DNA of 62,301 nucleotides from an uncultured Gammaproteobacteria bacterium (GTDB taxonomy: Bacteria > Pseudomonadota > Gammaproteobacteria > Immundisolibacterales > Immundisolibacteraceae): contig CAJXVN010000001.1 in assembly GCA_913060775.1 (NCBI GenBank), forward strand, positions 1 to 62,301, in the 5' to 3' direction. The position numbers were made by a program, and so were the translations under genes. Below, one piece after another: positions 17,438 to 27,358 of the stretch. Under the pieces are notes generated by a model, which worked only from the letters and a program-made list of their open reading frames with translations, did not search any database and was not told the DNA's origin. How positions within the stretch are numbered: the first letter of the stretch is position 1; each line of letters begins with the position of its first letter.

Positions 17438-18241
17438 TCAAACAAAGCGAAAACCCATACTGCCGAGTTCGCCGTAATCGAGATGAAAGGTGTCACCGGC
17501 TCGCACCGGTACTGGCCGGGTAAAGGAGCCACAGAGAATCACCTGTCCGGGCTCCAGATCGATACCGTGTTTGGCAAACCGTCGCGCCAGCCAGACAATG
17601 CCGTTGGCCGGGTGGTTAAGCACCCCTCCGGCCAGGCCGGTCTCTTCGATCACGCCGTTGCGGGAGAGCATGGCCCCCACCCAACGCAGGTCAACCGAGT
17701 CCGGCGGCACCGGACGGCCACCGGCAATAATCCCCGCACAGGCGGCATTGTCGGCGATGGTATCGGTGACCTGACGGCCCTTGCCGGTTTCCGGATCAAT
17801 GCGATGTGTACGGGCGTCGATTAACTCCACCGCCGGGCTGACGTACTCGGTGGCACGCAGCACGTCGGTGACGGTAACGTTTTCGCCACTGAGGCGATCA
17901 CCGAGATAGAACGCCAGCTCTACCTCGACCATCGGCACAATAAACCGATCAACCGATATATCGCTGCCCTCTGCAAACACCTGATCATCAAACAGGGTGC
18001 CGTAGTCGGGCTCCGTGAGGTTGAACATCTGCTGCATGGCGCGGGAGGTAAGGCCAATTTTTCGGCCAACCACGCGCCGCCCCTCGGCAAGCTTCAGGGC
18101 GGTCCACTGCTGCTGAATGGCGTAACCATCGTCGATGGTCATGCCCGGATGGGCCAGCCCAAGCTGGCCCATCGGTTCAACGTTTTTTTCAGCCTGATGC
18201 AGCGCCTGGGCGGCGGCCTCTATGGTTGACTGGTCGAGCAT
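17438..18241 (-). CDS. 2-oxohept-3-enedioate / 2-oxopent-4-enoate hydratase family protein
   Basis: 267 aa, MhpD/HpaH-like (GRKIGLTS...Q, ...EVELAF...). Confidence 0.8.
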   Translation of the reverse strand: MLDQSTIEAAAQALHQAEKNVEPMGQLGLAHPGMTIDDGYAIQQQWTALKLAEGRRVVGRKIGLTSRAMQQMFNLTEPDYGTLFDDQVFAEGSDISVDRFIVPMVEVELAFYLGDRLSGENVTVTDVLRATEYVSPAVELIDARTHRIDPETGKGRQVTDTIADNAACAGIIAGGRPVPPDSVDLRWVGAMLSRNGVIEETGLAGGVLNHPANGIVWLARRFAKHGIDLEPGQVILCGSFTRPVPVRAGDTFHLDYGELGSMGFRFV

Positions 18242-18250
18242 GAAAACTCC

Positions 18251-19093
18251 TTAACCCCAGTGTTCCCGCAGGGCTGGCAGCATGGCGTCCCAACGCTGGG
18301 TCTGTGCCCAGTGACCACAACGGTCAAGCACGTGCAGTTCGGCATTTTTCAAATGCTCAAGGAAGTAGAGGCTGGTTTCCAGCGGCACAATTCGGTCCTG
18401 CCGACCGTGGAAAATAGCAAACTCATGGGGCATCCGCGCCAGTGCAGAAGGCGGAATAATCAGGTCGTTCATGCCCTCTTTCATGGTGCGGATCAGCACC
18501 TGTTGAACGGCTTCTACGTCCGGGTGGGTCGCCAGGCCAAAACGGGTTTGCACAATATCTTCCAGCTCGGGTACCAGGGTCGGATCATAGACAAAGCTGT
18601 GCATCATTTCGCGGTAGCGGTTGATCCGCGGATCGTTGTAGAAATTCAGCAGCCGGCGCATTTCGGTGGTGGTGGTCATGGGCGCGCCAATCGCCCCCAT
18701 GATGGCCACTTTGTCAAAACGATCCGGCTCTTCCATGGTCAGATGAAAAGAGAGCGCGCCGCCCATGGAGTTACCCAGCATGTGCGATTTTTCAATGTTC
18801 AGCTCATCGAGAATGCCGATGGTCTGCTCCACCCGATGACCGATCCAGCCGCTGATGTGCTGAGGCATTTTTTCGGGTATTTCGGACTGCCCAAAACCAA
18901 TCAAGTCAGGGGCGATCACGTAGTAGTCTTCGGCCAGATCCGGCATGCAGCGGGTCCAGTTAGAAGCAGCACTCGCACCCGGTCCGGCACCGTGCATCAG
19001 AATCGCCGCGGGTTTGGAAGGATCGCCGCAGAGCAAGGTATGACTGGTCAGGCCACCGGCTTTTAGTTTCTTTTCGATGATTTCATGAGCCAT
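18251..19093 (-). CDS. Alpha/beta hydrolase, meta-cleavage-product (C-C bond) hydrolase-like
   Basis: HGAGPGAS oxyanion region, nucleophile elbow GNSMGG, and C-terminal DRCGHWAQ. Confidence 0.75.
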   Translation of the reverse strand: MAHEIIEKKLKAGGLTSHTLLCGDPSKPAAILMHGAGPGASAASNWTRCMPDLAEDYYVIAPDLIGFGQSEIPEKMPQHISGWIGHRVEQTIGILDELNIEKSHMLGNSMGGALSFHLTMEEPDRFDKVAIMGAIGAPMTTTTEMRRLLNFYNDPRINRYREMMHSFVYDPTLVPELEDIVQTRFGLATHPDVEAVQQVLIRTMKEGMNDLIIPPSALARMPHEFAIFHGRQDRIVPLETSLYFLEHLKNAELHVLDRCGHWAQTQRWDAMLPALREHWG

Positions 19094-19263
19094 TGTTTAT
19101 TTCTCCGCAATTTACGTTAAGTTTTAGTTAAGGAAGCTTTGATCCAATTAGTGGGTTTACGCTGCCTGAAAACTGAGTGTCATTTGGGTATCACGACCGG
19201 TAGCACCTCACAAGTGCCAGCCGCCTATCATAGCGAACTGGACCACGAGAATCTTAATAAATC

Positions 19264-19929
19264 ATGCATATTTTGCTCGTAGAAGATGACATGGCGCTGG
19301 CCTCTTCCCTGCAGCAGGCGCTGAAAAAACAGCATTACGCGGTCAATATCACGGCCAGCGGTATGGCTGCTGTGGATACGATTAATACCGATACGCCGGA
19401 CATTGTCATCCTCGATCTGGGGCTACCGGATATGGATGGCCTGGAGGTGATGAGCCGCGTCCGGAAAGGACACCCCACGTTGCCGGTACTGGTATTGACC
19501 GCCCGGGACCATTTGGATGACCGCATCGCCGGACTCGACGGCGGCGCCGATGATTACCTACCCAAGCCATTTGCCATGGCCGAGCTGTTTGCGCGATTGC
19601 GGGTATTAGAGCGGCGGCAAACCACCGCCAAAACCGCAAAGATTGTTGTGGGGCCGATCACCCTGGATATTAATCACGATAGCGTTGAGGTTAATGGCAG
19701 AGAACTTGACCTGCCGCGCCAGGAGTACCGGTTGTTAAAAAGCCTGCTTGAGAACGCCGGCCGAGTGCAAACCCGCAACGCGCTGGAGGCCCGTCTATAT
19801 AGTTGGGGAGAAGAGGTGGCCAGCAACGCGCTGGAGGTTCATATTCACCACCTGCGAAAAAAACTGGGCGCGGATTTGATCACCACGGTTCGCGGGGTTG
19901 GCTACAAAATTGACGCGCCCGCCCACTGA
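19264..19929 (+). CDS. OmpR/PhoB-family response regulator
   Basis: Receiver domain (ILLVEDD...DLGLPDMDG) plus a winged-helix C-terminus (VRGVGYKI). Confidence 0.9.
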   Translation: MHILLVEDDMALASSLQQALKKQHYAVNITASGMAAVDTINTDTPDIVILDLGLPDMDGLEVMSRVRKGHPTLPVLVLTARDHLDDRIAGLDGGADDYLPKPFAMAELFARLRVLERRQTTAKTAKIVVGPITLDINHDSVEVNGRELDLPRQEYRLLKSLLENAGRVQTRNALEARLYSWGEEVASNALEVHIHHLRKKLGADLITTVRGVGYKIDAPAH

Positions 19930-19947
19930 ACCCTGTCGGCTTAAGCC

Positions 19948-21294
19948 ATGCACTCCATCCGCATTTATCTGATTGCTGTCGTCCTGGCGACTGTCACCCT
20001 GTTTAATTTCATCGCAGCCCTGCGTGGGTATCAGTCGAGCCTGGTGGAGGCAGAACTACTGTTTGATAGCCAGTTGCTGGATAGCGCCCGCATCATCGCG
20101 AACATCGACCCCAAACCTACCGCTAAAACTGTTAACCCAACTGGCGACATCGCCTTTCAGATCTGGCATGACGGTCAGCTACTGCTGTCCTCGTCGAATG
20201 CCCCAGGGGCCGCCATTGGCCCACTCGCACCCGGTTTTGACCATAGCAATTTTGGCGGTTACCGCTGGCGCACCCTGGCCTATTACGAACCCAGCCGCAA
20301 CAACTGGATTCTGGTGGCCCAGCGAACAGACCTGCGCTATGCCCTGGCTGAAAATGTCGTACTGGAATCTATTTCGCCCATTTTGATTGGCCTGCCGCTA
20401 GTGGCACTGTTGATCTGGATGCTTATCACTCGAGGACTAAAACCGTTGCGCCAGCTGGCCGATGGGCTGGGTAGCAAACAACCGGATGACCTCAGCCCGC
20501 TGGCAATCAACGCCCCATGGCTGGAAATCGACCAGATAGTGAAGTCATCGAATACGTTACTGGCGCGACTGGAAACCTCGTTACTACGGGAAAGACGGTT
20601 TGCCTCCGATGCGGCCCATGAACTACGAACCCCCATCAGCGCGCTTAAGGTCCAGCTCTATAACCTTCGTGATGAACTGCCGCCAGAGGATGAAAACATC
20701 ACCCAGCTGACCGCCACTGCTGAACGGCTGGAAAATATTGTGGAACAGATTCTCGACCTCTACCGAAACTCCTCAGACCAGTATCACGCGGCCTTTACCG
20801 ATATCAATCTAGCAGCACTGATTCAGCAGGCAATGGCCAATGCCCACGCCGATTTTGATCGTAAAAACCAGTCTCTCGAATTCGACGGGGATTCCTGCTT
20901 CATCCGTGGGGACCACTTCGCACTCACCACCCTGGTACAAAACCTGCTCAGCAACGCCAATAAATACACCCCGGCGGGTGGAGAGGTAAGGGTCGCCCTG
21001 AAATTCGACGATGACACGGCGACCGTGACGGTGGAGGACTCGGGGCCTGGTATTCCGGCTGAACTGCGGCACGCAGTCTTTGACCGGTTCTACCGGGCCG
21101 GCGGCGACCGCCATGCCTCCAAGCAACCAGGGTCTGGTCTGGGTCTGGCCATCGTCAAAGTCATCGCCGATTTACACAGCGCATCGATAGCAATAACCGA
21201 TTCGACATTTGCAACCGGAGCCGCCTTTCATGTCACGCTTCCACGTAACTCATTCGGTACGCCTGATAACTCGACGATTCCAAAACCCGCATGA
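19948..21294 (+). CDS. Sensor histidine kinase (two TM segments, HAMP, HisKA, HATPase)
   Basis: H-box FASDAAHELRTPIS, N-box LLSNANKYTP and a G-box (GSGLGLAIV). It follows the response regulator by 18 nt. Confidence 0.9.
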   Translation: MHSIRIYLIAVVLATVTLFNFIAALRGYQSSLVEAELLFDSQLLDSARIIANIDPKPTAKTVNPTGDIAFQIWHDGQLLLSSSNAPGAAIGPLAPGFDHSNFGGYRWRTLAYYEPSRNNWILVAQRTDLRYALAENVVLESISPILIGLPLVALLIWMLITRGLKPLRQLADGLGSKQPDDLSPLAINAPWLEIDQIVKSSNTLLARLETSLLRERRFASDAAHELRTPISALKVQLYNLRDELPPEDENITQLTATAERLENIVEQILDLYRNSSDQYHAAFTDINLAALIQQAMANAHADFDRKNQSLEFDGDSCFIRGDHFALTTLVQNLLSNANKYTPAGGEVRVALKFDDDTATVTVEDSGPGIPAELRHAVFDRFYRAGGDRHASKQPGSGLGLAIVKVIADLHSASIAITDSTFATGAAFHVTLPRNSFGTPDNSTIPKPA

Positions 21295-21692
21295 TCCAGA
21301 TGAATAATCAGACCACCACTCCAGGCACAAAAGCGGCGATTAGAGCCGGCATGAAGGCGCCGTTTAAGCTCGCAAGGTTAATGGCGGCCAGCGCGCTACT
21401 AACCGTTTCGTCCACGTTACTGGCGGCCACCCCTATCGTGGAAATTCTGATTCGCGATCATCTATTTCAGCCAGCACAGATCACCCTTCCTGCAAACACC
21501 AAAGTAAAACTGATAGTCATTAATCAGGACCCGACGCCGGAAGAGTTCGAAAGCTACGAACTGAATAGAGAAAAAGTCATTGCTGGAAACAGCAAGGCGG
21601 TGATTTTTGTTGGCCCGTTACCGCCCGGCCGCTATCCGTTTTTTGGGGAGTTTTACCCAAAAACTGCCCAGGGGGTGGTGATCGTTGAATAG
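21291..21692 (+). CDS. Periplasmic cupredoxin-like protein
   Basis: Signal peptide and a ~100-aa beta-rich domain resembling the cupredoxin partners of FTR1 permeases. It shares an ATGA overlap with the kinase gene. Confidence 0.5.
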   Translation: MIQMNNQTTTPGTKAAIRAGMKAPFKLARLMAASALLTVSSTLLAATPIVEILIRDHLFQPAQITLPANTKVKLIVINQDPTPEEFESYELNREKVIAGNSKAVIFVGPLPPGRYPFFGEFYPKTAQGVVIVE

Positions 21693-21725
21693 CCACCGCG
21701 CACTCACAACCTCGGCGTCAACAGC

Positions 21726-22565
21726 ATGCTGATCAATTCTGTGATCCTGGTGCTGCAGGAAACCCTTGAGGCGGCCCTGCTCATTAGTGTGCTGCTGAGC
21801 ATCTGCTATCAGCGCCGCCTCTCGGTCACCTGGCTGCTGCCTGGAGTAATCGGTGGTATCGCTTTTTCAATCCTCTACGCAACCAATATGGGAAGCGTCT
21901 CCGCCTGGTTTGATTACGCGGGACAGGAGGTCATCAACGCCCTGTTACAGACGGGCATAGCCCTGTTTATTCTGGCCTACGCCTGGGTAGTCTTTATGCT
22001 TCCCGAGTCGGCTTTAAGGACACACCGAGACTCGCCACAAGTGGCACGTCATACTCCGTTGGTCGTCGCAGCCAGCGCCGCTGCCATGGTTGTCCTGGCC
22101 ATTACCCGGGAGGGGTCTGAGGTTTATCTCTACATCAGCGGTTTTTTCCTGAGTGGTTCCCACCTGCCCAGCGTTCTGGCGGGCGGGGCACTGGGCTTTG
22201 GCATTGGGTTAAGCCTGGGCACTCTGCTGTTCTTCGCCCTTGGCAGCGACCAGGGACGCTGGCGACGGCAATGCAGCGCCCTGTTGCTGGCGCTGTTTGC
22301 GGGAAATATGCTCTCACAATCGGTGCTGCAACTTACCCAGGCCGACTGGATCACTGCCTCCAGTGCCTGCTGGGACACCTCCGCCTGGCTGTCAGAACAG
22401 TCCGTCACCGGCAAGCTCATGTATGCCGCTCTGGGGTATGAAGCGACGCCATCAGCCCAGCAGGTTGCTGCCCACCTGACCGGTACCCTGCTGGTTCTGG
22501 GGCTTTTTGCCCTGCGCCTTAACCGGGCCCGAAAAAATGCGGCGCCAGAAATCCTCGATAACTAA
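21726..22565 (+). CDS. FTR1/EfeU-family iron permease-like membrane protein
   Basis: The N-terminal helix VILVLQETLEAALLISVLLSI resembles EfeU ...REGLEAALIVSL. The second motif TREGSEV is intact. Seven predicted TM segments. Confidence 0.7.
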   Translation: MLINSVILVLQETLEAALLISVLLSICYQRRLSVTWLLPGVIGGIAFSILYATNMGSVSAWFDYAGQEVINALLQTGIALFILAYAWVVFMLPESALRTHRDSPQVARHTPLVVAASAAAMVVLAITREGSEVYLYISGFFLSGSHLPSVLAGGALGFGIGLSLGTLLFFALGSDQGRWRRQCSALLLALFAGNMLSQSVLQLTQADWITASSACWDTSAWLSEQSVTGKLMYAALGYEATPSAQQVAAHLTGTLLVLGLFALRLNRARKNAAPEILDN

Positions 22566-22598
22566 CGACCCATAACGGGCGCAGGACTTCCCGATAGT

Positions 22599-23315
22599 AT
22601 GAAACAGCAAACCACGAGATTGATCTATACCGCGCTGCTGCTCTGTTACACCGGAACAATCCGTGCTGACGGCGCTGTCATCGACAAAATTTATCGCCCC
22701 TATGTGCAGCCACTGGAACAGGAGATCGAACTGCGGGCGCTAACCCAGGATGACCAGCCCGGCAGGGATGACCATCTGCAGCTTTACCAGCTGGCCTATG
22801 GACGCTCATTGACAGAGCGCTGGTCTGGAGAAATCTATTTGATCGGTAAGCGCTCGGATGAAGAGAGTTTCGAGATCGAGGGGTATGAACTGGAAGCGCT
22901 CTGGCAGCTCACCGAACAGGGAGAATTCAGCGCCGACTGGGGGATGCTATTTGAACTGGAAAAAGAGCGAGAACTCAATATTTGGGAGTTTTCAACGGGA
23001 CTGCTGGCGGAAAAGGAGTGGGGCAGATGGAGTACTACCGCCAACTTTGTTGTCACCTACGAATGGGGCCACGACATCGATAACGAGGTCGAATCAACCC
23101 TGGGTTTACAGGCGCGCTACCGCTATTCAAGCGCCCTTGAACCAGGCATTGAATTTTATAGCGGCGAAGATACTCGCGCCCTGGGGCCGGTGCTGCTCGG
23201 CCAGATAAGATTGGGCGGTAAACGCAAACTAAAATGGGAAGTCGGCGCCATTTTCGGACTCGACGATAAAAGCCCCAATAAAACCTTACGGCTGCTCACG
23301 GAGTTCGAATTTTAG
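22599..23315 (+). CDS. Putative outer-membrane beta-barrel protein
   Basis: Signal peptide, alternating amphipathic strands and a C-terminal ...TEFEF (aromatic terminal residue). Confidence 0.4.
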   Translation: MKQQTTRLIYTALLLCYTGTIRADGAVIDKIYRPYVQPLEQEIELRALTQDDQPGRDDHLQLYQLAYGRSLTERWSGEIYLIGKRSDEESFEIEGYELEALWQLTEQGEFSADWGMLFELEKERELNIWEFSTGLLAEKEWGRWSTTANFVVTYEWGHDIDNEVESTLGLQARYRYSSALEPGIEFYSGEDTRALGPVLLGQIRLGGKRKLKWEVGAIFGLDDKSPNKTLRLLTEFEF

Positions 23316-23355
23316 CTATTTATCCTGTTCTAACCCGATCCTGGGAGGCCACTAA

Positions 23356-24273
23356 TTATTCCGATGAAGGATAGATCAACTCATCCATCCCCCGCTCTCT
23401 AAATTGCTCCATGGCAAAGTCTATAAATGCTCGCACCTTGGATGGTATCAGGCGACTACTTGGATAGAGGAGGTTAAGATTCACCGTTCTAAATGACCAT
23501 TCCGGTAATAATTCAGTCAGCCGCCCCGCCGCTATATCAGCGCTGCACAGCCGGGACGGCAACTGACAAACTCCCACCCCGGCAAGGGTCGCTCCGCGCA
23601 TCACCTCCAGATTGCCGGCTGCGAGACGCGGATAAACCTTAACGGTTTTCTTGCCATCTGGACCCTGAAAGTTCCAACTTCCGCCCTGTGGGGGCAGGTT
23701 GTAAGAGATACAGTGGTGATGGGCCATATCCTCCGGTTTTTCCAGCGCGGGGGCCGACTGCAGGTAGTCCGGACTGGCGCAGAGAACGCCACGATCGGCC
23801 CCCAGCTTTCTTGCGATGAAGGTTGAATCCTGTAGATCACCAAACCGAAAGGCCACGTCCACCCCTTCGCCAATAATATCCACCAGGTTATCAGTACAGA
23901 TTATTTCCAGCGTCACTTTCGGATAGCGGCGCATGAACTCCCCAACCAATCCGGGCAATGAACCGGCAAAGTTGACCGGCGCAGTTATTTTTATCGGTCC
24001 GGACGGTTCCGCTTTGGCATTGTTGATCGCCTCCTCGGCCTCCTCGGCCTCGGCGGTTATCCGCGCACAATAGGCATAGTAAGTTTTTCCCGCGTCGGTG
24101 AGGTGGAGCGCTCGGGTAGTGCGCTGCAACAGTCGAACACCGAGCCGTTCCTCCAGACGGCTGATTCGCCGGCTCAAAGTAGATTTAGGCTGGCCCAGTT
24201 TTTTCGCCGCGCCGGTAAAACTGCCCGCTTCCACAACACTGGCAAACACCACCATTTCATTCAGATCAGCCAT
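23356..24273 (-). CDS. LysR-family transcriptional regulator
   Basis: HTH SFTGAAKKLGQPKSTLSRRISRLEERLG. The preferred start is MADLNEM...; the ORF also extends to an ATG at 24306. Confidence 0.85.
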   Translation of the reverse strand: MADLNEMVVFASVVEAGSFTGAAKKLGQPKSTLSRRISRLEERLGVRLLQRTTRALHLTDAGKTYYAYCARITAEAEEAEEAINNAKAEPSGPIKITAPVNFAGSLPGLVGEFMRRYPKVTLEIICTDNLVDIIGEGVDVAFRFGDLQDSTFIARKLGADRGVLCASPDYLQSAPALEKPEDMAHHHCISYNLPPQGGSWNFQGPDGKKTVKVYPRLAAGNLEVMRGATLAGVGVCQLPSRLCSADIAAGRLTELLPEWSFRTVNLNLLYPSSRLIPSKVRAFIDFAMEQFRERGMDELIYPSSE

Positions 24274-24402
24274 TCCCGCCCCCGAGTTATTGTTCCATTT
24301 TTGCAATAGTTATTTATATAAAAACTATCTATTCTTTTATTTGGAACATTAATAGCATAGTTCCACTCAATTTAAACCAGCCATTTATTAATGGAGATCG
24401 TC

Positions 24403-24600
24403 ATGAATAACAGCGAACAGGCGTTAACCAGTCCCTGCATGAATCCGGTCAGCAACCAGTGTGCTGCTTACCTTAATAACCGCGATCACAACGCACTTAG
24501 GATACTTGGTGGCATCATCGCCGCCGGCCTGGCGACCACTGCTTTCTTCCTGTACCACGCGGTGTTGAACACTAGCACCGTGGGTGCTGCTCCCTTTTAG
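24403..24600 (+). CDS. Small hypothetical membrane protein (65 aa), divergent from the LysR gene
   Basis: GGAGA lies 5 nt upstream of ATG 24403. There is a single C-terminal TM helix (ILGGIIAAGLATTAFFLY). No family was recognised. Confidence 0.35.
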   Translation: MNNSEQALTSPCMNPVSNQCAAYLNNRDHNALRILGGIIAAGLATTAFFLYHAVLNTSTVGAAPF

Positions 24601-25020
24601 CCTGGCTAGCCGGTTTTCGGTAGGCCAATTGCACGAAGGGGAAGCGCCCAGTCAGCCACAATTAATGGTGGCACTGATCCGGTAGCAGGTGGATGACATC
24701 CCGCTAATCCTGGTTAACCCCTCGCTGATCCGTTATCAACAAGGATCAGTGCCTGGTCAAAGACTGATCTAGTGCTCAGTGATCGTCAGGTCATTCACAA
24801 CCGCTCCGAAACGGTAACTATCCCCACCGCACAACCGATCATGCGAGCAGAATTATTCCCGGCAATTTAAGGGTTTAATGGTCAAATGAGCACCATAGAG
24901 GATTAACTCCGAGTCGGTGATAACCGCGGCTCGTGCCACTTAATCCGCAACAGAAACCCGAATCTTAAAATCAGCGTCAACTTAAGTTTTCCTTAAGTTC
25001 GCCCCATTAAGATCTGGGCC

Positions 25021-25752
25021 ATGAAATCAGAACAATTATCTGTCGATAGTCACCTGGTGCCTGCTGCTCCATTCACCCACTCCTCAGTAGCAGAGGATCA
25101 CGGCGTGATTCTCGTTGATGCGGCTCACCCGCTGCGTGCTCGGGCCGAAGCCTATATAAAACGGGTCTATCGCCGAGTTTTCTCGGCGCAAGTCAACCAT
25201 TTTTCTGCCCAGCTCCTGGTCAAGCTCGATGCGCAACAACGCATCATCGGCACCGTGGGCCTGACGTTGGCCGGCAAGCAGGCCCTTTTTGTCGAACAGT
25301 ATCTAAGCCAACCCGTGACGCACCTGCTGGCCGCTGACCCAAATGCTCAGGCACGGACCGAACAAAAAATTGTCGAGATCGGCAATCTTGCCATGGTCGA
25401 CCGCTGCTCGGTACGCCAGGTAATCTGCTTTCTCAGCCAATTTATGCTCGAACAGAAGGTGGACTGGGTGGTATTCACGGCCAGAACCGAGCTGCTTAAC
25501 AGTTTTAAACGCCTGGGACTTCCCCTGACCCACCTGGCCGATGCCAGCCGGGATAGCATCGACGACAATAACGACACCTGGGGTAGCTACTATGCGGGGT
25601 CCCCAAAGGTGGTCGCAGGGCGCCTTCAGGATGTGCTGTCGCTACAGATCGTTACCGAGACGGCGCAGTCTGCGGCTAATCCCTCGCCGGATTGCTCAGC
25701 ACTGCTGACAATGATTGCCTTGCCAGGTTTGGGTAAGGCGGCCTGTATTTAG
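25021..25752 (+). CDS. Thermostable-hemolysin-family (T_hemolysin-like) protein
   Basis: The blocks LFVEQYL..P, IVEIGNLA, WVVFTARTELLNSFKRLGLPL..LADA and WGSYY...PKVVAG match my memory of this family. Confidence 0.6.
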   Translation: MKSEQLSVDSHLVPAAPFTHSSVAEDHGVILVDAAHPLRARAEAYIKRVYRRVFSAQVNHFSAQLLVKLDAQQRIIGTVGLTLAGKQALFVEQYLSQPVTHLLAADPNAQARTEQKIVEIGNLAMVDRCSVRQVICFLSQFMLEQKVDWVVFTARTELLNSFKRLGLPLTHLADASRDSIDDNNDTWGSYYAGSPKVVAGRLQDVLSLQIVTETAQSAANPSPDCSALLTMIALPGLGKAACI

Positions 25753-27272
25753 TGAACTGGTTAATGACAGCGCTGGATCGATGGGCAGGACTCCAGCCAG
25801 ATAAACCTGCCCTCTGCGGTGGAGAGGCAACCGTTTCTTATGGCGACCTTCGTCGCCAGATTGAAACCCTGACCGACTGGCTAAACGATCAAAAAACTGA
25901 TCGCCTGGCGCTGCTGCTAGACAACTGTCCGGCCTGGGCAGTGATTGACATTGCCTGCATGAACGCTGGCAAAACCCTGATTCCCATCCCGGCATTTTTC
26001 TCACCGACGCAAATTGCTGGACTATTGGCGGACGCCCATGTTGAGCTATTACTGACTGACCAGCCTGACCGAATTCTGGCGCTGACCACGCAGGGCGACG
26101 CCTCAATGGAGTGGGCAGTTACTGGCACTCGGTTAGTTGCAGATAATCACATTAACTGTCTGACCCGGAGCAGTGCCGCCGGTCTCACTGAGTTGCGCCA
26201 ACCAATACCAGCGGGCACGGCCAAAATAACCTACACCTCTGGCAGCACTGGAGATCCCAAGGGAGTTTGCCTGACTAGCGAATCACTGCGGCAGGTCGCC
26301 ACCGAACTTACCACAGCGATGAAGGTAGACACGGGTTACCACCATCTCTGTCTGCTGCCGCTGGCGGTATTACTTGAAAACGTGGCTGGCCTTTATGTAG
26401 CGCTGTTCGCCGGGGCTACCTGTCGACTTGAGTCGCTGGGCAAGCTGGGGTGGCGAGGCATGACCGATTTCGATTTTTCACGACTGGCCGGGATAATGCT
26501 TGATGAGCCAGTTGAGAGCCTTATTCTGGTACCGGAACTGCTGGTCGGCCTGCTGGCGCTGGCTGAACAGCAACCGAATGCCGTTAAATCCCTGCGGCTG
26601 GTCGCGGTGGGTGGTGCAGCGGTACCCGCCAGCCAGCTAGCTTCTGCGCTGGAAATGGGGTTACCCGTTTATCAGGGCTATGGTCTTTCTGAATGTGGAT
26701 CGGTGGTAACCGTCAACCGCCCGGGAGAGAATCGCCCGGGCAGTGTGGGCAAACCCTTACCCCACCACCGGTTGACCATTACGGAAGATCACCAGATATG
26801 GATTGATCACCGAGGAGTTAATCCCTACCTGGGACTGAAACAACCGGTTAAAGATGGCTGGTGGGCCACCGGGGATCGTGGGCATTTCGACGCCGACGGT
26901 TACCTCTACATCGAAGGCCGCCACGACAATCTGCTAATGACCTCGTTTGGTCGAAATGTCTCCCCCGAATGGATTGAATTACTGCTCTTGGACGAGCCGG
27001 TTATCCAGCAGGCGGTGGTGATCGGCGGTGGCCAGCGCCAGCTTGAGGCACTACTGATAGTCGCTGCGGAGTGCCGCGATAAGCAGATCGAACAGGCACT
27101 GAATCAGGTTAATCAGCAGTTGCCTGACTACGCCCAGATTGGTCATTGGCGCCGGAGCGATCAGCGACTAACACTGACCAATCATCGACTAACTCGGGGA
27201 GGCGTGCCAAACCGTGCCGCTGTGACCGAGTTTTATAACGGCTTACCCGACCCTGACTGCTCGATCAACTAA
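25752..27272 (+). CDS. AMP-binding (adenylate-forming) acyl-CoA/acyl-AMP ligase
   Basis: A3 motif YTSGSTGDPKGV and a later GDRG.FD.DGYLYIEGR block. The GTG start overlaps the upstream stop by 1 nt. Confidence 0.85.
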   Translation: MNWLMTALDRWAGLQPDKPALCGGEATVSYGDLRRQIETLTDWLNDQKTDRLALLLDNCPAWAVIDIACMNAGKTLIPIPAFFSPTQIAGLLADAHVELLLTDQPDRILALTTQGDASMEWAVTGTRLVADNHINCLTRSSAAGLTELRQPIPAGTAKITYTSGSTGDPKGVCLTSESLRQVATELTTAMKVDTGYHHLCLLPLAVLLENVAGLYVALFAGATCRLESLGKLGWRGMTDFDFSRLAGIMLDEPVESLILVPELLVGLLALAEQQPNAVKSLRLVAVGGAAVPASQLASALEMGLPVYQGYGLSECGSVVTVNRPGENRPGSVGKPLPHHRLTITEDHQIWIDHRGVNPYLGLKQPVKDGWWATGDRGHFDADGYLYIEGRHDNLLMTSFGRNVSPEWIELLLLDEPVIQQAVVIGGGQRQLEALLIVAAECRDKQIEQALNQVNQQLPDYAQIGHWRRSDQRLTLTNHRLTRGGVPNRAAVTEFYNGLPDPDCSIN

Positions 27273-27358
27273 ACAGTCTGAATGAGTAATCGCACTAGCC
27301 ATGGCATCCAGCCCCGCTGATTCAACCCCGCTTTCACCCTAATCAGGAGAACGAGTTC

